Source: Marsupella aquatica (lineage: Eukaryota > Plantae > Marchantiophyta). Taken from it: a stretch of DNA of 64,000 nt. The stretch is taken from the NCBI GenBank assembly GCA_973895155.1, contig OZ316893.1:8743839-8807838 (forward strand), read 5' to 3'. Shown piece after piece: positions 38,898 through 52,145 of the stretch (position 1 is its first letter; each line of letters starts with the position of its first letter). The position numbers and the translations under genes were made by a program. Below the pieces are notes generated by a model that saw only the letters and a list, made by a program, of their open reading frames with translations, did not search any database and was not told the DNA's origin.

Positions 38898-41800
38898 ATG
38901 GCGAAGCTGGGAAAGAGGAGGGGAGCGCAGCAGCAAGGAGGAGGAGGAGGAGGAGGAGGAGGCAACAAGGGGAAAAAGAGGGGCAAAGGGGAATCGTCAT
39001 CGGGCGGTGGGAGTGGCGGGGATTTTGGGAGGGATTCATTTTTCGAAAGAGATGGGGATGACAGGAAGAAAAGGAGGCGAGCTGGTGATGAGGAGTTATT
39101 CAGTAGTGAGGATGATGACGAGGGCTTAGATGGAGTGTTAGGCAGAGGGAAGGGTTCAGATGGTGAGGATTCTGTGGAGGAGGACGAGGAGAATGCAGAG
39201 ACTGCAGATGAGAAGAGATTGAGGGTTGCTAGAGCCTATTTGGATAAAATCAGGGATTCCACAGCACTTGAATCGGACGAGGATGGTGCTGAGGAGACCG
39301 AGGAAGGAAAGAGAGGGGCGAGAGACACCCTCGTCGCTGACTTGCTGAAGCAACAGCAGCTGGAAGATAGCGGACGCGCTCAACGCAAATTTGCGTCTAG
39401 GTATTTTGTTGTAGATGCCTGCATCGTACCTCAATCATCCAATGCGTTGTCTTCATTTAGAGAATGGCTACTTTCGGGCATTACTCCTCTTCCAAGTCTG
39501 ATCAAGTACTTGCATTTCCCTTCTACTCTCAGAATTTCTGTTGAAATGAAGTAGTCCACATTGCTTTCTCAGAAGTCGCTTGGATCTGTCCGGTTTTTTG
39601 ATGTGCTTCCCCGGAATCCTCATTTGTCAAAGTCTAATCTGTCTCACTGCCGCCATTCTTCCTCTTCCTCTTCCACTTCACTTCTTTACTTGGTTCGAGT
39701 TTTTCCTTAAGCTTACCCTAAGCAGAAAGAGATGCATAGACGGATCAATCTGTGTCTTGCCATCTTCGATTTCTGTGATGATCTATGTTTAGACTATCCG
39801 TAGTCATGGTCGAGGGTAGCGCGTGCATGTGGAGAAATCGATTCAGTGGTGATGAGCCGGAATCTCTTTTAATCCGGTGCTTGGCTTTGTCTAGTGCATT
39901 TGAAGGAGAATCCTTCTGAAAGGTCAGATTTCTTTTTTGAAGTCTCTGGGGTTCAACAGACTCTTCATATCAAACTCTGATTGGAGTGGTTTTTGTTCTT
40001 GCAGAGTCATCAAGCCTTCCCCTTCCGTAGAGGGGAAGAATGTTAGCCGAAGGCACCGGCAGACTGTTACGGCTGTGACATTGACAGAAGATGATTCGAG
40101 AGGTTTCTCTGCTTCGAAAGATGGTTTGCTTGTGCATTGGGATGTGGAAAGCGGTCAGACTGTGAAATATGCCTGGCCAACTTCAGAAGCTTCAACTTCT
40201 GGTAGTGGTGGCGGTGGAAACAATTCCCGGTCTAAAACGAAAAAGTTGGGAAGCAAACACATTTTAGCTCTAGCCGTCAGCTCTGATGGGCGATATTTAG
40301 CAGCAGGGGGACTGGATCGGACAGTTCATTTGTGGGATACTAGAACGCAGGAACACATTCAGGTTTTTGACTCTACCAAATTCATATCCCAGAGTGTATC
40401 TAATCCTTGCGTTTGGGATTCCCACTTTATCTGGATACCAATATCTCCTACTTTTTGTGGTACCGAGAGGCACCATTTATAATAGGGTTTCATAGTTATC
40501 CAGCTACAGAGTGGTGTAGAACTTTGTCCTCTCTATGACGGCCGTAGTCAGGTAATTCTATTTTAGCAAATAAGATGTAGTTATGTGCAGACCCTGAAAG
40601 CCGAGTTTGGAAGGATGATTGTAAAACCGATCTTGAGAGGCTGAAAACTCAGCAGTCAATTGTTGAAGGTCCCTTGTTTATGAATTTTGGAATCACGCAC
40701 AAACTTACGTGAATTATAGCACGTCCATCGTGGAAAATTCTGACCTCAATGTAGTTGTTTGCAGGCATTTCCTGGTCACAAAGGAGCAATCTCATCTCTA
40801 GTATTTAGGCAGGGAACTCAACAGTTAATGTCAGGCTCACTCGATCGAACGATCAAATTGTGGAGCGTAGATGACAGGTCGTACATTGACACACTGTATG
40901 GACATCAAAGTGAGGTTCTTGCTATTGATTGCCTTCGTCAAGAACGAATTCTATCAGCTGGGCGCGACCGGACTCTGAGAGTGTGGAAGGTATATATGAA
41001 GAACCGACCTATTCTCTTCCTCTCGTATTAGAGAGTTGAGGCTTCCTTACTTGCAGAAGCTCATCTAAATTTTCTTCTACTTACTGTGATGGAACTACCT
41101 TATCTAAGGAACGCTGTTTTAATAATTTGTAGGTTCCAGAAGAAACTCAGTTGGTATATAGGGGTCATGCGGCATCCATGGACTGCTGCTGCTTCTTGTC
41201 GAATGGAGAGTTCCTTTCGGGCTCAGATGATGGCAGTCTTGCCCTTTGGAATACCATTCGCAAGAAGCCGCTTTATGTCGTGAAAAATGCGCATGGAGCC
41301 CTAAGTCCGCCGGAGGCCGGTGAAGACTCCAGTGATGATGAGAAGCATGATGAAGAAATGGGTCCAGACACGATAGCAAATGGTCATATAAATGGTATGT
41401 TATATATGTCTCAGCTTCTCAATGGACCTGTTCAATCTCTGAAATTTATGTATCCCCGAAGGACGATGTATGCCAATATCGGACGTTCATGATTGAGACG
41501 CATCTTTTACTTAACCTGTGGCCGTTAGATGCCAAAGCACTACGGAGAGAGATTGACTGTGTTCCCATCACCGATCAGGAAATGGGAATCTAGACAAGAT
41601 ACCATGTTCACCCGCCAACCTGGCCGGTGGAGCTGGCGGAGCTGCAGAGTCATGGATTGGCGCAGTAGCAGTGTGTAGGGGAAGCGATTTATTGGCTAGT
41701 GGTGCAGGCGATGGGATGGTTAGACTGTGGGCCCTCGAGGAAACCAACAGAAGCTTAAGAGCTCTGGGGAGTCTTCCAGTGGTTAGTTTCTGCTCCCTGT

Positions 41801-42313
41801 TGATCTCAAGAGATATCTGCATTGTTATCCTCGTGCAAATAAAAATAAGGACTTTCGCTAACGTAGCAATAAGTGTATAAGAACTCCGATTAAGAATCTG
41901 TATTGGTCTTACTCTGTCCTGAGGATATTTGTTGTTTGCAGAAAGGGTTCGTCAACTCTCTTGCATTTGCACATAGTGGACGCTTCATATTGGCTGGAGT
42001 CGGTCAGGTAAGCCACAAATGTTTGTAATTTAGCACGCTTTCGAGGTTTGCCAGACAGTCTGGTCGTTCACTGGATTTAAAGGACCTGTGTTTTTTTTTC
42101 TCCCAGTTAAGCTTAATTAAACTTCTTCTCACAGCAGATTTTGGTTAGTTCTCAGCTGCTCCATGAAGTATATCTGTCCGTTCTTTCCATAGTCGGTGTG
42201 TTTGTAACATTAGTCCTTGTCATTTTTCTCAGGAGCCTCGCCTGGGAAGGTGGGGACGTATTCCACATGTGCGCAATGGAGTTGTGCAACATATGATTGG
42301 CCTCTCTGAATAG
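38898..42313 (+). CDS. RRP9: U3 snoRNP-associated WD40 protein (RRP9 / U3-55K / YAOZHE), 7 exons
   Basis: Exons 38898-39400, 40005-40362, 40765-40989, 41133-41394, 41529-41781, 41942-42007 and 42233-42313. Acidic N-terminus with ETADEKRLRVARAYL, WD40 repeats (LAVSSDGRYLAAGGLDR, FPGHKG, TLYGHQSEV) and C-terminal AGVGQEPRLGRW. Confidence 0.95.
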
Positions 42314-43552
42314 TCCTTAGTGTACTCGAATTCTTTGATAGATACCCAATTTTGTAGGTAGATTATGAAGCTGCGGATTGTGCTCAAATCATGTGAGGAT
42401 CTCGTGTAGGCCGTGATATTCCGCTGTCCGGGATCGTTGGGTCAAATCTTTTTCTTGGTCAAGGTCAAGATCAGTTGCTTCATTAAGCTGGTCACTTTCG
42501 AAGCACACTACGAAATAGTAGCTGGCCATTACTGGAAAACTGTCCGGCAGCTGTGAGATGGTTTATTAAATCGTCCATTCTTTAGGAGCTGTCCAAGCCT
42601 GCTTAAAATGTATTTCAGATCCCTTCCGGGATGAGCGCCAGGTTGTAAAAGGTTGAGTCACTATAATAGTGAAAGAAAGAAACCTATATTTCTGTGGGGA
42701 ATGCATCACTGTATTGTTCTCACACTCTAGTGTTTTCTTGGACACGAATAACTCCTTCGGGTAATTAACGTTGTTCTCACAACTGAAGTATTGCTTGGAC
42801 ATGAACAACTACTTTAGGTAATCAAAGGTTTGGCCCTGAGTGCAAGAAGAGGTTTTATGGTGGTCTAGTTAGGTTGCACTAGCTATTGTTTTAGTTATTT
42901 GTCAGAACAGAAAATCAACTCAGTTGTTTTTGAGTCAGTTATCCCAATAGAAATTCAATTCAACCACTGTTTTAGCTGCTTAATAGGTATAGAAAGTCAA
43001 ATTGATGGGCCACTTAATTGGAACAGGGGTTCTAGGAATTGTCCATGTGAATGATGTAAGTATTTACCTCGTCCATATATCTCTTACTTTAGAATGTTTG
43101 TCCATTGGGCTACAGTTTTTTGTAAATTCAATTCAAATATTACTGCACTGATGCTCGCCCTTCCGACCCTCTGAGTATGGAATGGGACACCTTTTTGCTC
43201 TGACCCTTCTTCTTTTCCTGAGCAAGCGGAAGTTAGACCTCACACATTTATAAGACATTTAGAAGTGGCTTGTAGAGTTTTTTCCAATCCATCTTCAATT
43301 TTCATCAGTAATTGGAAAACTTGCTTAAATTTCAAAGATTAAAAAGACCATTGTAGAGGTGGCTTGTATAGATATTTCCAACCAATATAATATATCTAGT
43401 TTCATGAATAATCGAGAGATTTTACTAAATATTACTAAATTTGTGAGTTTACTCAGTCAAGTTTTCATGATGAATAGAGAAGTAAACAATTTTTAATGAA
43501 TACTCATCAATGTTATTTTTTGTCTTGACTCCCCCCACCTCAATGTGACAAT

Positions 43553-43798
43553 TTTTCTGTAGGGAACCCAGACCAGGGTGAGCCCCAACGGATCCGACAG
43601 GGACCCGCACCAGGAAGGAGAGAGGATTATATCAGGGCCACAAAGTTGGGCAACCAGGGGCTGAGCAGATAATCAGAACTCCAATCCATTACCCACAAAA
43701 CCCATCCCACACATATAGTGTGTGGAGGGGGGATTAAACCTGGGACCTCTCAGTTCCTCTCAGTTCCAGGCAAATCCCCTAGCCAATAGACCTAAGCC
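43553..43798 (-). mobile_element. tRNA-derived SINE, ~245 bp
   Basis: The minus strand begins GGCTTAGGTCTATTGGCTAGG (A-box-like) and has GAGGTCCCAGGTTTAATCCCC (B-box/T-arm-like), an unrelated body and a short A-rich end ACAGAAAAA. Confidence 0.55.
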
Positions 43799-44519
43799 AA
43801 TTGATTTCATCACTCTTATAGGCGACTGATTACTTGGTCAACTTCCTGCCAGCCAATTGTATTTAACTGGCTCAGGCAATGGAATAATGGATTCAAGGGC
43901 ATAGTGAATTTCTTGAACAACTGCCCACCACACATTGCCCTCTACCTATTGCCTACTTGAGAATTGCTAGTGCACGCTTTCTGGCTTACAATTGGTGTTT
44001 GAATTGAGCATCATTTGCATTGCTATGATCGTCCTCCTTCTAGAGAGGAGGTTTATATTGCTGTCAAAGGTAGTACAACATCAATTGTGGTGGTATCTTT
44101 GGGTTAGAACTCCCCAGTGCAAATTCACCCTTCCCTTTGGCCCCTAAGCCAATCCCAGTTGAAAATTCCAATTTAATTAAACCACAAATTTGAGTTTCTA
44201 TTGCATTCCCTCTCCATTGCGCCGGTACCTCTAGTACTATTTTTCATCTCCAATCACTCCCTTCCCCTAGTTGGACTGCTTTCTTGTAGAAGTAAGTTAT
44301 CTATCCTACTCCATGCCCATAAGTTGGAGCACAAGCCAGCTTAACAATCCACGGTCTCACTCTTGTTTGTTCCATGCCTCAATGCTCTGGTGTTCCCACT
44401 AGCTTGTAGCCCTTGGGTGAAACATGGCAATTGAACCAAATTTGTAAAATCCTGCCGAGATGGCTTTTATGCTATGGCATTCAACCTTTTTTACCTAGAT
44501 ACTCTAAAACACTAGAAGT

Positions 44520-44860
44520 AAAAAATTACAATAAATATAAACAGGATTTTATACCAAAGTTTAATGCAGATGAAATGCCCACAAGCATTTGTTGAATGTG
44601 AGGTTTCCTAGTTGATAAGATAATGTTTCGAGCCTGGGCAGCATGAGAGTGACAAAGTTCCAGGGGTTCAACAAACTGGTACTCCTTCTCAACATCATCC
44701 TTGACTGGTTCTGTCGCAGTTGCGTGGATGAACTTCCATGCACTGAAGCCTTGAGGGTTGACTTGCATAGAATTTTCCATGTGGAGAAATTCTGACTACC
44801 TTTGAGCTTTGGTATGAGGTGGTTGTTGTAGCCAATGGAAGTACTACCTATCAAAACCAA
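44520..44860 (-). mobile_element. Copia-type gag relic (frameshifted)
   Basis: IPKLKGSQNFSTWKILCKSTL / GFSAWKFIHATATEP...AQARNIILSTRKPHIQQML..SSA fits the Copia gag N-terminal pattern (KL-G--N---W) across two frames. Confidence 0.65.
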
Positions 44861-46689
44861 ACAAAAAGAGATTTTGGACTTTGAGAGAAAGAAATGTAGA
44901 ACTTAGATAAATTGGATCGAGGTGATAAAAAGAGATCAGGACCGAGAGTAAAATTGACTATCAAGACGGAAACATCATGAATTGTAGTTAGAGTTGAAAA
45001 TACTGCCCATATTAACCTGGCTGTTAAACTACGGACACACTCACACATGAGACATAGAATGCATGCACACAAGACTCAGATCTGTTCTCAAAGATTTGCG
45101 ATAGATTCAATTAACTGCAACAGCAGGAGCATATATCATGGAACAACATCAGCGGCAGATCGGGGCCAGAGAAGATAGGGCGCAACCCAAGTGAGCTGGA
45201 ATGTGCAGGGCGCAAACCTGCTGGCAACCAAGTGTGAACGCCGCCGATAGCTACAACAACTAACTAGGTGAAAGAAAAACAACAGCTAGCTAGGTGTTGT
45301 CAAATTTGAATGTAGCCTAAACTGTCCACGTATATATCTACATATATTTATATGGTTACGGCATGTCAGTCCCTTCAAGCCGTATGTCAGAATTAAAGAA
45401 TGTTAGAGTGACAAATATTCAGAGTGGCACAACTTCACTTAGTGGCACCCTCATAGGGTTTGAATTTCAGCCCCGGTTTCAGCTCTAAGTTTATTCCAAC
45501 AAGTCTTGGGTGATGTATGTATATTTCACAAAACTTGTAGTAATTGCAGGAATTTATGTGATTGAAGAATACAAAAAATATATGATTGATCCATGGAGTT
45601 TGCCATATTTTAAACAAGCTAGAACTGATCTATGTCTTACAACTTTCCTTTCAATTGCATCTCTCCAACATAGCCTTGTCCTCTTACCGGGTAGTCTTGT
45701 ATTGAACTGCTATGGTAATGCAGATTTAAGTCTTATTGGTGAGGTGAGTTATCTCCACAGTCATGTTCATAGTTTGATTTGATAGCTTCCATGGTGCTCT
45801 AGTAAGTGTATGTATTGTAGTTTGAAAATCAGATTAGATCTTCACTTCTTCCCGAGATCCCCACTAGACCATGGAGAATTTAAGCCCAAGCTCCAGGCCC
45901 GCCAGACAGTGCCTCATGCATGCCAGAACTCATGAGTCCGAAGTCTGTTGGGGAGCGGAGGAAAAGCCCACAAGCAGTCTCACCAAACTGTGTGTGAACA
46001 ACAACGATCGTGCAATCTTGTTTATGCACACATTGCTTGTCAATGTTCACTTGTCATTGTATCCTATAGCTGCAAGGGAGCTCATCGGGGAGCTCATCAT
46101 TGTTCACTCATGCATCACAATTGATCATTGGGATCAGGTTTGGGTGTGATTTACCAAAGACAACCTCAAATGCCAACAGCCTTACCATTGTCCTGATACC
46201 AAGTTGCGCAAAGTGTGACTTGTGCGGTTGCTCCAAGGGAGCTTTACATATTGAGTGCATGAGTTGGTAGGGATTTTCAGATGCAAAACATGAACCAAAC
46301 ACACCGCCCAGCTGAACCAGAACCTTTTGTACCGCCACTGGCTTTCTGTGCGACTGGCTTTTTAATAGAAATTTCCAGGTACATGGCAGGATCTCATCAA
46401 AGTGATTGACTTCTAGCACTTCAATTGGTGACTTGCGATTTGGTGGGTCCTGAATTCAATGTTGCTTTTGATCCCAAAACATACATGGATTTGGTGAAGG
46501 GTGGCTTCATGAGGAGTCACAACTAGGCATTTGTGACTTTTTTCACCAATTAAGCAAACTAGAGAGCCACAAGAACTTTCGATTCAACTGAACCAAAACT
46601 CTATTGATATGAAGTAAATGAGATCAAATCCCCTCACTTTTTGTCCTCAGACTCTGTTTATCTTCCATTTGACGTAGGCAAGCATGTGC

Positions 46690-47800
46690 AAGTTTTCACC
46701 TCAGCTAGCATCCTTGACAAGGCACCAGTAACGGATCAAGCTTGGATATTTCCTCAAGAGGGCGGGTAAGCAGTGAGGCAAGAGGGAAGGATGCATGGGG
46801 ATTGCCTTTAGGCTAATTTTGTCATCCCTCATAATTATGTGGTGTCTTCAGAGAAATTCTCAATAATCATGTGTCTTTGCATGAAGGTACCACATCAGTT
46901 CCACTCCCATATCATTCCACTTCTTGTGGACCTGCCTACTTCTGGTACCTGTAGGAAGCCTTGTGATGATAGAGGGGCCCACCATTTTTGGTGTAGTATA
47001 GGGACCGACAAGACCATAGTTGTTCATAATGCTCTGATGGATGTTACTACTCAAGTTCTCTCTAGGACTTTGATAGACGTGTGGGAGGTGGTCCTTGATT
47101 TTCCTTGTCGTCCACCATAGAGCTTACGCACTGATTGTACCATGGTACACAATGACAGACAAACGTACCTTGGCTGGCGACCAACCCTTTGCATCAGGAC
47201 ATCTTTGGGATAGCCACAACACAAGCAGGGACTAAAGTAACACCAGGAGCAACACGAGTGATAACGACCAAAGAGGCAAAACATGCAGCACAAGCTTCAA
47301 TGAAAAACTTCCTCCCCCTTGTTGTTGAGATCCCTGAGAGACTCCATCATCACTTGATGGGCTCATGTGACAGGTAGCTTAGGACATTCATAGACAGACC
47401 GGCTCCTCAAGCTACAACTATGCAATTTGACAATGCACTTTTATCAGAAAAATTCAGTGATGTTACAACATGCTCCAGCTCAAGCAATCTACACTAAATC
47501 TCTAGACATGGGTACTAGTGTGCCTCACTAGAGGCTCTTCCCACTTGCAAACTTAATTATGACATTACATGTGGACCTTAGCTCATCACGCCTATTGCGC
47601 AGGTGTGGACCAGTAGCTCATTACACTACAGCAATGGTAGATCTTTTCCCCCCTTTTTGGTCTTTTTCTTTTTCTAAAGTTTTCTAGATGTTGGGGGTTT
47701 ATAGCTGCACACTTGTTTCAAGATTGGTGCTTGTTTGCTGTGGACCTCATTTGCTTTTTCTTCATTGTGTTTTTTTTTGGTCCCTTGTTTGTAAATAACT
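46690..47800 (+). mobile_element. Old, 5'-truncated decayed copy of the CRE-type element (zinc knuckle, RLE and 3'UTR)
   Basis: SSEKFSIIMCL..PLLVDLPTSGTCRKPCDDRGAHHFWC..VHNALMDVTTQVLS and QDIFGIATTQAG..TTKEAKHAAQAS..FLPLVVE are colinear with 51050-51900, with many stops and frameshifts. Confidence 0.9.
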
Positions 47801-47962
47801 TATAGTGATTCACTTCAATTGAATGAAGGAGCCAAAGTTCAGAAATGATTGGACCACCTCTCAGAGGTAGTCTAAACTTGTAGACAAAACAAACACTCCA
47901 CATCAGCATTTACTTGGGTCTACTCATTGCCATGTAACATAGGTCGACACCATTATTTAATG

Positions 47963-48334
47963 CCCCCTAGTTCTTGTAATGCCAACTGCAGCCACTACTA
48001 CCACTCATGATGTGATCCAGATTTAATCACACAAGGAATATAAAAAACAATGGGGCCACTTTCCTGTAACTCCACCCTAAGTTGTTTCAGGGGTACCCTC
48101 AGTTGTTTCAGTGAAAAACTCTGTTGGAGCCACCTTTATTGAATGCCACCCCCCCCTCCCCTAGTTGTTGTAATGCCACTGCAGCCACTACTTTCACTCA
48201 TGATATGATCGATCCAGATTTAATCTCACAAGGAATATAAAGAAACATTGGGGCCCCCTTTCTTGTAACGCCACCCTAAGTTGTTTCATGAGCCACTCTC
48301 AGTTGTTTCAGGAAAAACCTTTGTTAGAACCACC
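47963..48334. repeat. ~190-bp imperfect tandem duplication
   Basis: CCCTAGTT.TTGTAATGCCA..CTGCAGCCACTACT...GATCCAGATTTAATC.CACAAGGAATATAAA...CCACCCTAAGTTGTTTCA x2. Confidence 0.9.
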
Positions 48335-48370
48335 CAGGCTAAAATGGGGACCCAGTGTAGCCTATCTAGG

Positions 48371-51300
48371 CTAGCGGTGGCGCCGTTTCTCGACCTGATG
48401 CGGTGGGCTCTCTCCATCGCCTCCCCTTTCTTTTCACATGCCTCGGTTGGGCCTTTTGTCGCTTCTTGATGCGTTTTTGCTTTTATCGGGTTGCGGCCTG
48501 TCATGTCTACGTTGAGAGTGTTGGCGCAGGGCAAGCGCCCAGCCCCACCCCACACTTCTCCCCCATCCTCCCCTCCCCCTCGTGGCCGTCTTCGTGTTTG
48601 CTCTTCTTCACTGGATCTCTCTCATCTTCGTGATGATCCCATGCCCGATGCTCTGCCAGTCCCCCCCGTCTACTGCCCACCCCATCGTCGCCCTGGCTCC
48701 TCTCCCCACCCCATTCCCCCTCCACCCATTCATCATCCTCCTCCGGCCTCCTCGTCCACATCTGTTCCACCCCCACCTCCTGTCCAGTCTTTCCCTGCTC
48801 CCTCCCCGGACGAGCGTCCCCTGCATACTTGTCCTGACTGTGGATGGGTTGGCATCTCCCTCCCTCATCATCGCGGGCGGGGCCGGTGCCATCGTCGCCA
48901 GCAAGCACAATCCCAGCCTCAGCCCCCTATTGACCCGGTTAGCTCTGCCCCTCCCTCCTTGGAGGCTCCCGAGCAGGCATGGAGTTGGGTTCGCACTCTA
49001 GACCCCCTTCCAGCCTACCATCCAGGGTACATTAGACCTCGCCTTTATAACCACATTCCTCTGGCGCTGCGCCCTATAGTTCGGTCCTCCTTGTTGCAAC
49101 TCATGCAGCTTATCTTGGCGCATCCTATGGAGGTCTCCTATTGGTCTTTACTGATGCTTTTTCCACAGTGGACTCTTACCCTCCCTAGTCATGGTGGTCG
49201 TGTGGGTCACCGTGAGACTGCCTCTCGTATCCATCGTTTTTTGCGGGGAGATTGGGAGCAGCTTCAGGAAGAGTACTTTCTTCGCGCCTGGTCTTTTACC
49301 GCCCGTGCTTTGTCTGACCCAGCTCGCCACTCTCATCCCCCTGAGCATAGACGTCTTTGTCGCTCTTGTCGTTTAGCCCAGGCTGGTGAATATCGTCGGG
49401 CTGTCCAGGCCCTTTCTCCCACCACACCAGCCCCCCCTGGCGAGGTCACCTCATTGGCCCTTTAGGATCTCCATCCGCAGCCCCATGATCAGCTCCCTTT
49501 GTTTGTCGAGGATTTTGAGCCTGAGGAGGATCTTCAGTTTAGTAGGGACCACTTCACCTATGCCTTCCTCCATGCCCCGCGTTGTTCTGCTGGTGGCCCC
49601 TCCGGCTATGTCTTTGAGCATTTTCGTGATTTATTCCCCCCTGAGGATCCTCAGTTTGGTTTTCCAGTTTTCTTCTCCTTTTGCCAGTGTATTGCAGCCG
49701 GTCGTTTGCCTCCTCCCGTCTCTCGGCTCTTGAGTGCTTCTCGTTTATTGGCCATGGCTAAGTCTTCACCGGGTGTTCGGCCAATTGCTATTGGGGAGGT
49801 TTTTCTTCGTCTTGTGTCTCGCACACTTTCCTCACAGTTTCGCTCTGCACTATCGGATCATCTCTCTCCACATCAGTTTGCAGTTGGCGTTCCTGGCGGT
49901 TGTGAGACGGTTATTGCGGGTATTCGAGCTACATTGGACCTCCACCCTGATTGGGTTGTCCTCCAGGTTGATGTCTCTAACGCTTTTAATACGGTTTCTC
50001 GGGCAGCCATTTTTCGTGCTTTGAGGGCGGCGGATCCAGACATCCAGTCCCTGATCCCCTTTGTCCGTTGTTTTTATGGACTCGAGGCCCCACTCTTCTA
50101 TAGTCATCACTCCTCTACAGGTGTGTATACCACTCTTTCCTCTGCAGAAGGTACACGTCAGGGTGACCCTTTGGGTGGGCCTCTTTTTGCCATTGCCCAT
50201 TTTACAGCTTTACGGGAAGCTGCCATGGCCCACCCCCAGTGTATCTTCCCCTCCCTTTCAGATGACACCCACATCATTGGTCCTCCTGCCGCGGTTACTT
50301 CTGCCCTCGCCACTCTTTCCACCCATTTGATGGGCCTCGGTTTACGAGTTCAGCCTGTGAAGAGTCGTGCATGGAGTCCAGCTGGGTTACCCTCTGATCT
50401 TGTGCTTCCCCCAGGGTTCTTACGTCCAGCCGATGGTCTTCGGGTCCTTGGCTCCCCAGTCGGTACCGCCTCCTTTTGCTCATCTTTCATCGCTGACTCT
50501 ATACAGGCTGCCTTAGCCCATACTCCTATGCTCCCTAAGTTAGCAGATTCTCAGGCAGCATTTGGGATGTTGTTGAGGTGCATCCACCCTCGTGCGTCTT
50601 ATCTGGCTAGGACGCATCCCCCTACCGAGGATCTTTGTCTCCACCTTCGAGCATTTGATGTCTCCATTCGTCAGACCCTGGCCTCTCTTTTAGGTCCGGG
50701 TACGTTGCTCTCATCTCCGTGGCTTCATCGACAACTCAGTCTTCCTATCTCGCAGGGTGGTTTTGGGCTTACTTCCATTGAGAGCCTTGCACCTTTGGCC
50801 TTTTTGGGTGCATGGGCGGCCGCCTTCTCGTTGTTGGCCGATCGTTTTCTTATTGAGGATCGCCCTTTTTTACTTTCATCTCTCATGGAGGTAGAGGAGG
50901 GTTCCCTCCCGTTTCAGGTTCATTTGCGCGCAGTGCGGTCCTCATTACCACATCCCGTTCGCGCCGCGTTACCTTCTTTCCAGGAGTTTTTATCCTTGGA
51001 TCCCGTTCGTCTTCAGGCAGACCTCGCTGGGCGTATGCACACTTTCACCCTTTCCAGCATCCTCTCCGAGGCACCTGACACGGACTGAGCTCGGATTCTT
51101 TCTTCTGGAGGGAAGGGCGCAGGTGGATGGCTTCAGGCCAATCCAGTCATTCCTCATTTGCGGATGTCTTCAACGGAGTTCTCCACAGCCATGCGTCTTC
51201 GTCTGGGGCTGCCCCACCCACTTCTTGCAGGTTTACCTCCTTCTTGCACTTGTGGGAAGCCTTGTGATGCCACAGGTGTCCATCTTCTTCGGTGCAGTTT

Positions 51301-52145
51301 GGGAGGTGAAACCATTATTGTTCACGACGCTGTGCGAGATGCGACTGCTCAGGTTCTCTCTGGCTCTTTGGTATGCGTGCGGCGGGAGGTGGTACTCGAG
51401 TTACCTGGTCCTCCATCACAGCGGTTACGGGTGGATCTTACCATGGTCCGTGAGGGTCAACGTACTTTGGCAGATGTTGTGGTGGCAAACCCATTGCGCC
51501 AAGACATCATTGGGACAGCGGCAACTACGGCAGGGGCAGCAGCGTCACGTGCGGCAACAACGAAGGAGGCCAAATATGCTGCACGAGCTTCATCCGACAG
51601 CTTCCTCCCCCTTGTTGTGGAGCTATTTGGGCGTCTTCATCCTCAGTTTGATGGGCTTCTTCGGCAAGCTGCCCGGGATGTTCATGGCCGAATGGGTCCC
51701 ACCGGACCCCCGCTTTCTATTTTGACCACGCACTTTCGCCAACGCATTTCAGTCACCTTACAGCGTGCTCAAGCTCGGGCCATCTATCGTCGATCTCTTA
51801 CAGTGGGTGCTAGTGTGCCTCCGCAGCGGCTAGCTCCCCTTGAGGATGTTCCAATCCCACTTGCCGATCTAGTTTTGACTCTTGATGTGGACCATTAGCT
51901 TTTTGCCACAATCGGTAGGAATGATGAGGACCTCGGTCCGCTTGGGTTAGTTTTAGTCTCTCTCTCTTTCTTGGTTTTTAGGGGTTCCCTATTGTTCATT
52001 TCTTACTTTTAGTTCCTCTTTCTTGGTGTTTAGTGGTTCCCTTTTGCTCACTTCTTTTTCGATTGGTTTTGTCCACTTGGGCCCTCTTTTGTTTGTTCAT
52101 TTGTACTCTGTTTGGTCCCTTTGTATATAAAAAGTGTGTATATTT
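48371..52145 (+). mobile_element. Full-length CRE-clade (R2 superfamily, RLE-bearing) non-LTR retrotransposon with 9-bp TSD
   Basis: CTATCTAGG is duplicated at 48362-48370 and 52146-52154. The element has a single long reading frame with RT and RLE domains and a T-rich 3'UTR. Confidence 0.9.
48503..51898 (+). pseudogene. Retrotransposon ORF (~1130 codons: Pro-rich region, zinc finger, RT, CCHC knuckle, restriction-like endonuclease) with two in-frame stops
   Basis: The three track ORFs (48491, 49499, 51158) share one frame, with stops TAG 49463-49465 and TGA 51086-51088. Motifs: CPDC..H..C, RPIAIGEVFLRL, VDVSNAFN, GTRQGDPLGGPLF, SLSDD, LSLPISQGGFGL, CTCGKPCDATGVHLLRC, HDAVRD, RVDL..LADVVV..KEAKY..FLPLVVELFG. 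Confidence 0.92.

Noticed and set aside
39849-39919. Possible intronic box C/D snoRNA (GTGATGA...CTGA) in RRP9 intron 1
   Set aside because: No convincing flanking terminal stem, no D'/C' boxes and no rRNA-complementary guide that I could recognise. snoscan would settle it.
49463-51088. TAG/TGA stops as substrates of U-to-C RNA editing or programmed readthrough
   Set aside because: U-to-C editing is organellar. Methyl-C deamination in a nuclear transposon is the simpler explanation.
48281-51725. Numerous overlapping or antisense ORFs within the retroelement
   Set aside because: These are shadows of the GC-rich, Pro-rich main reading frame.
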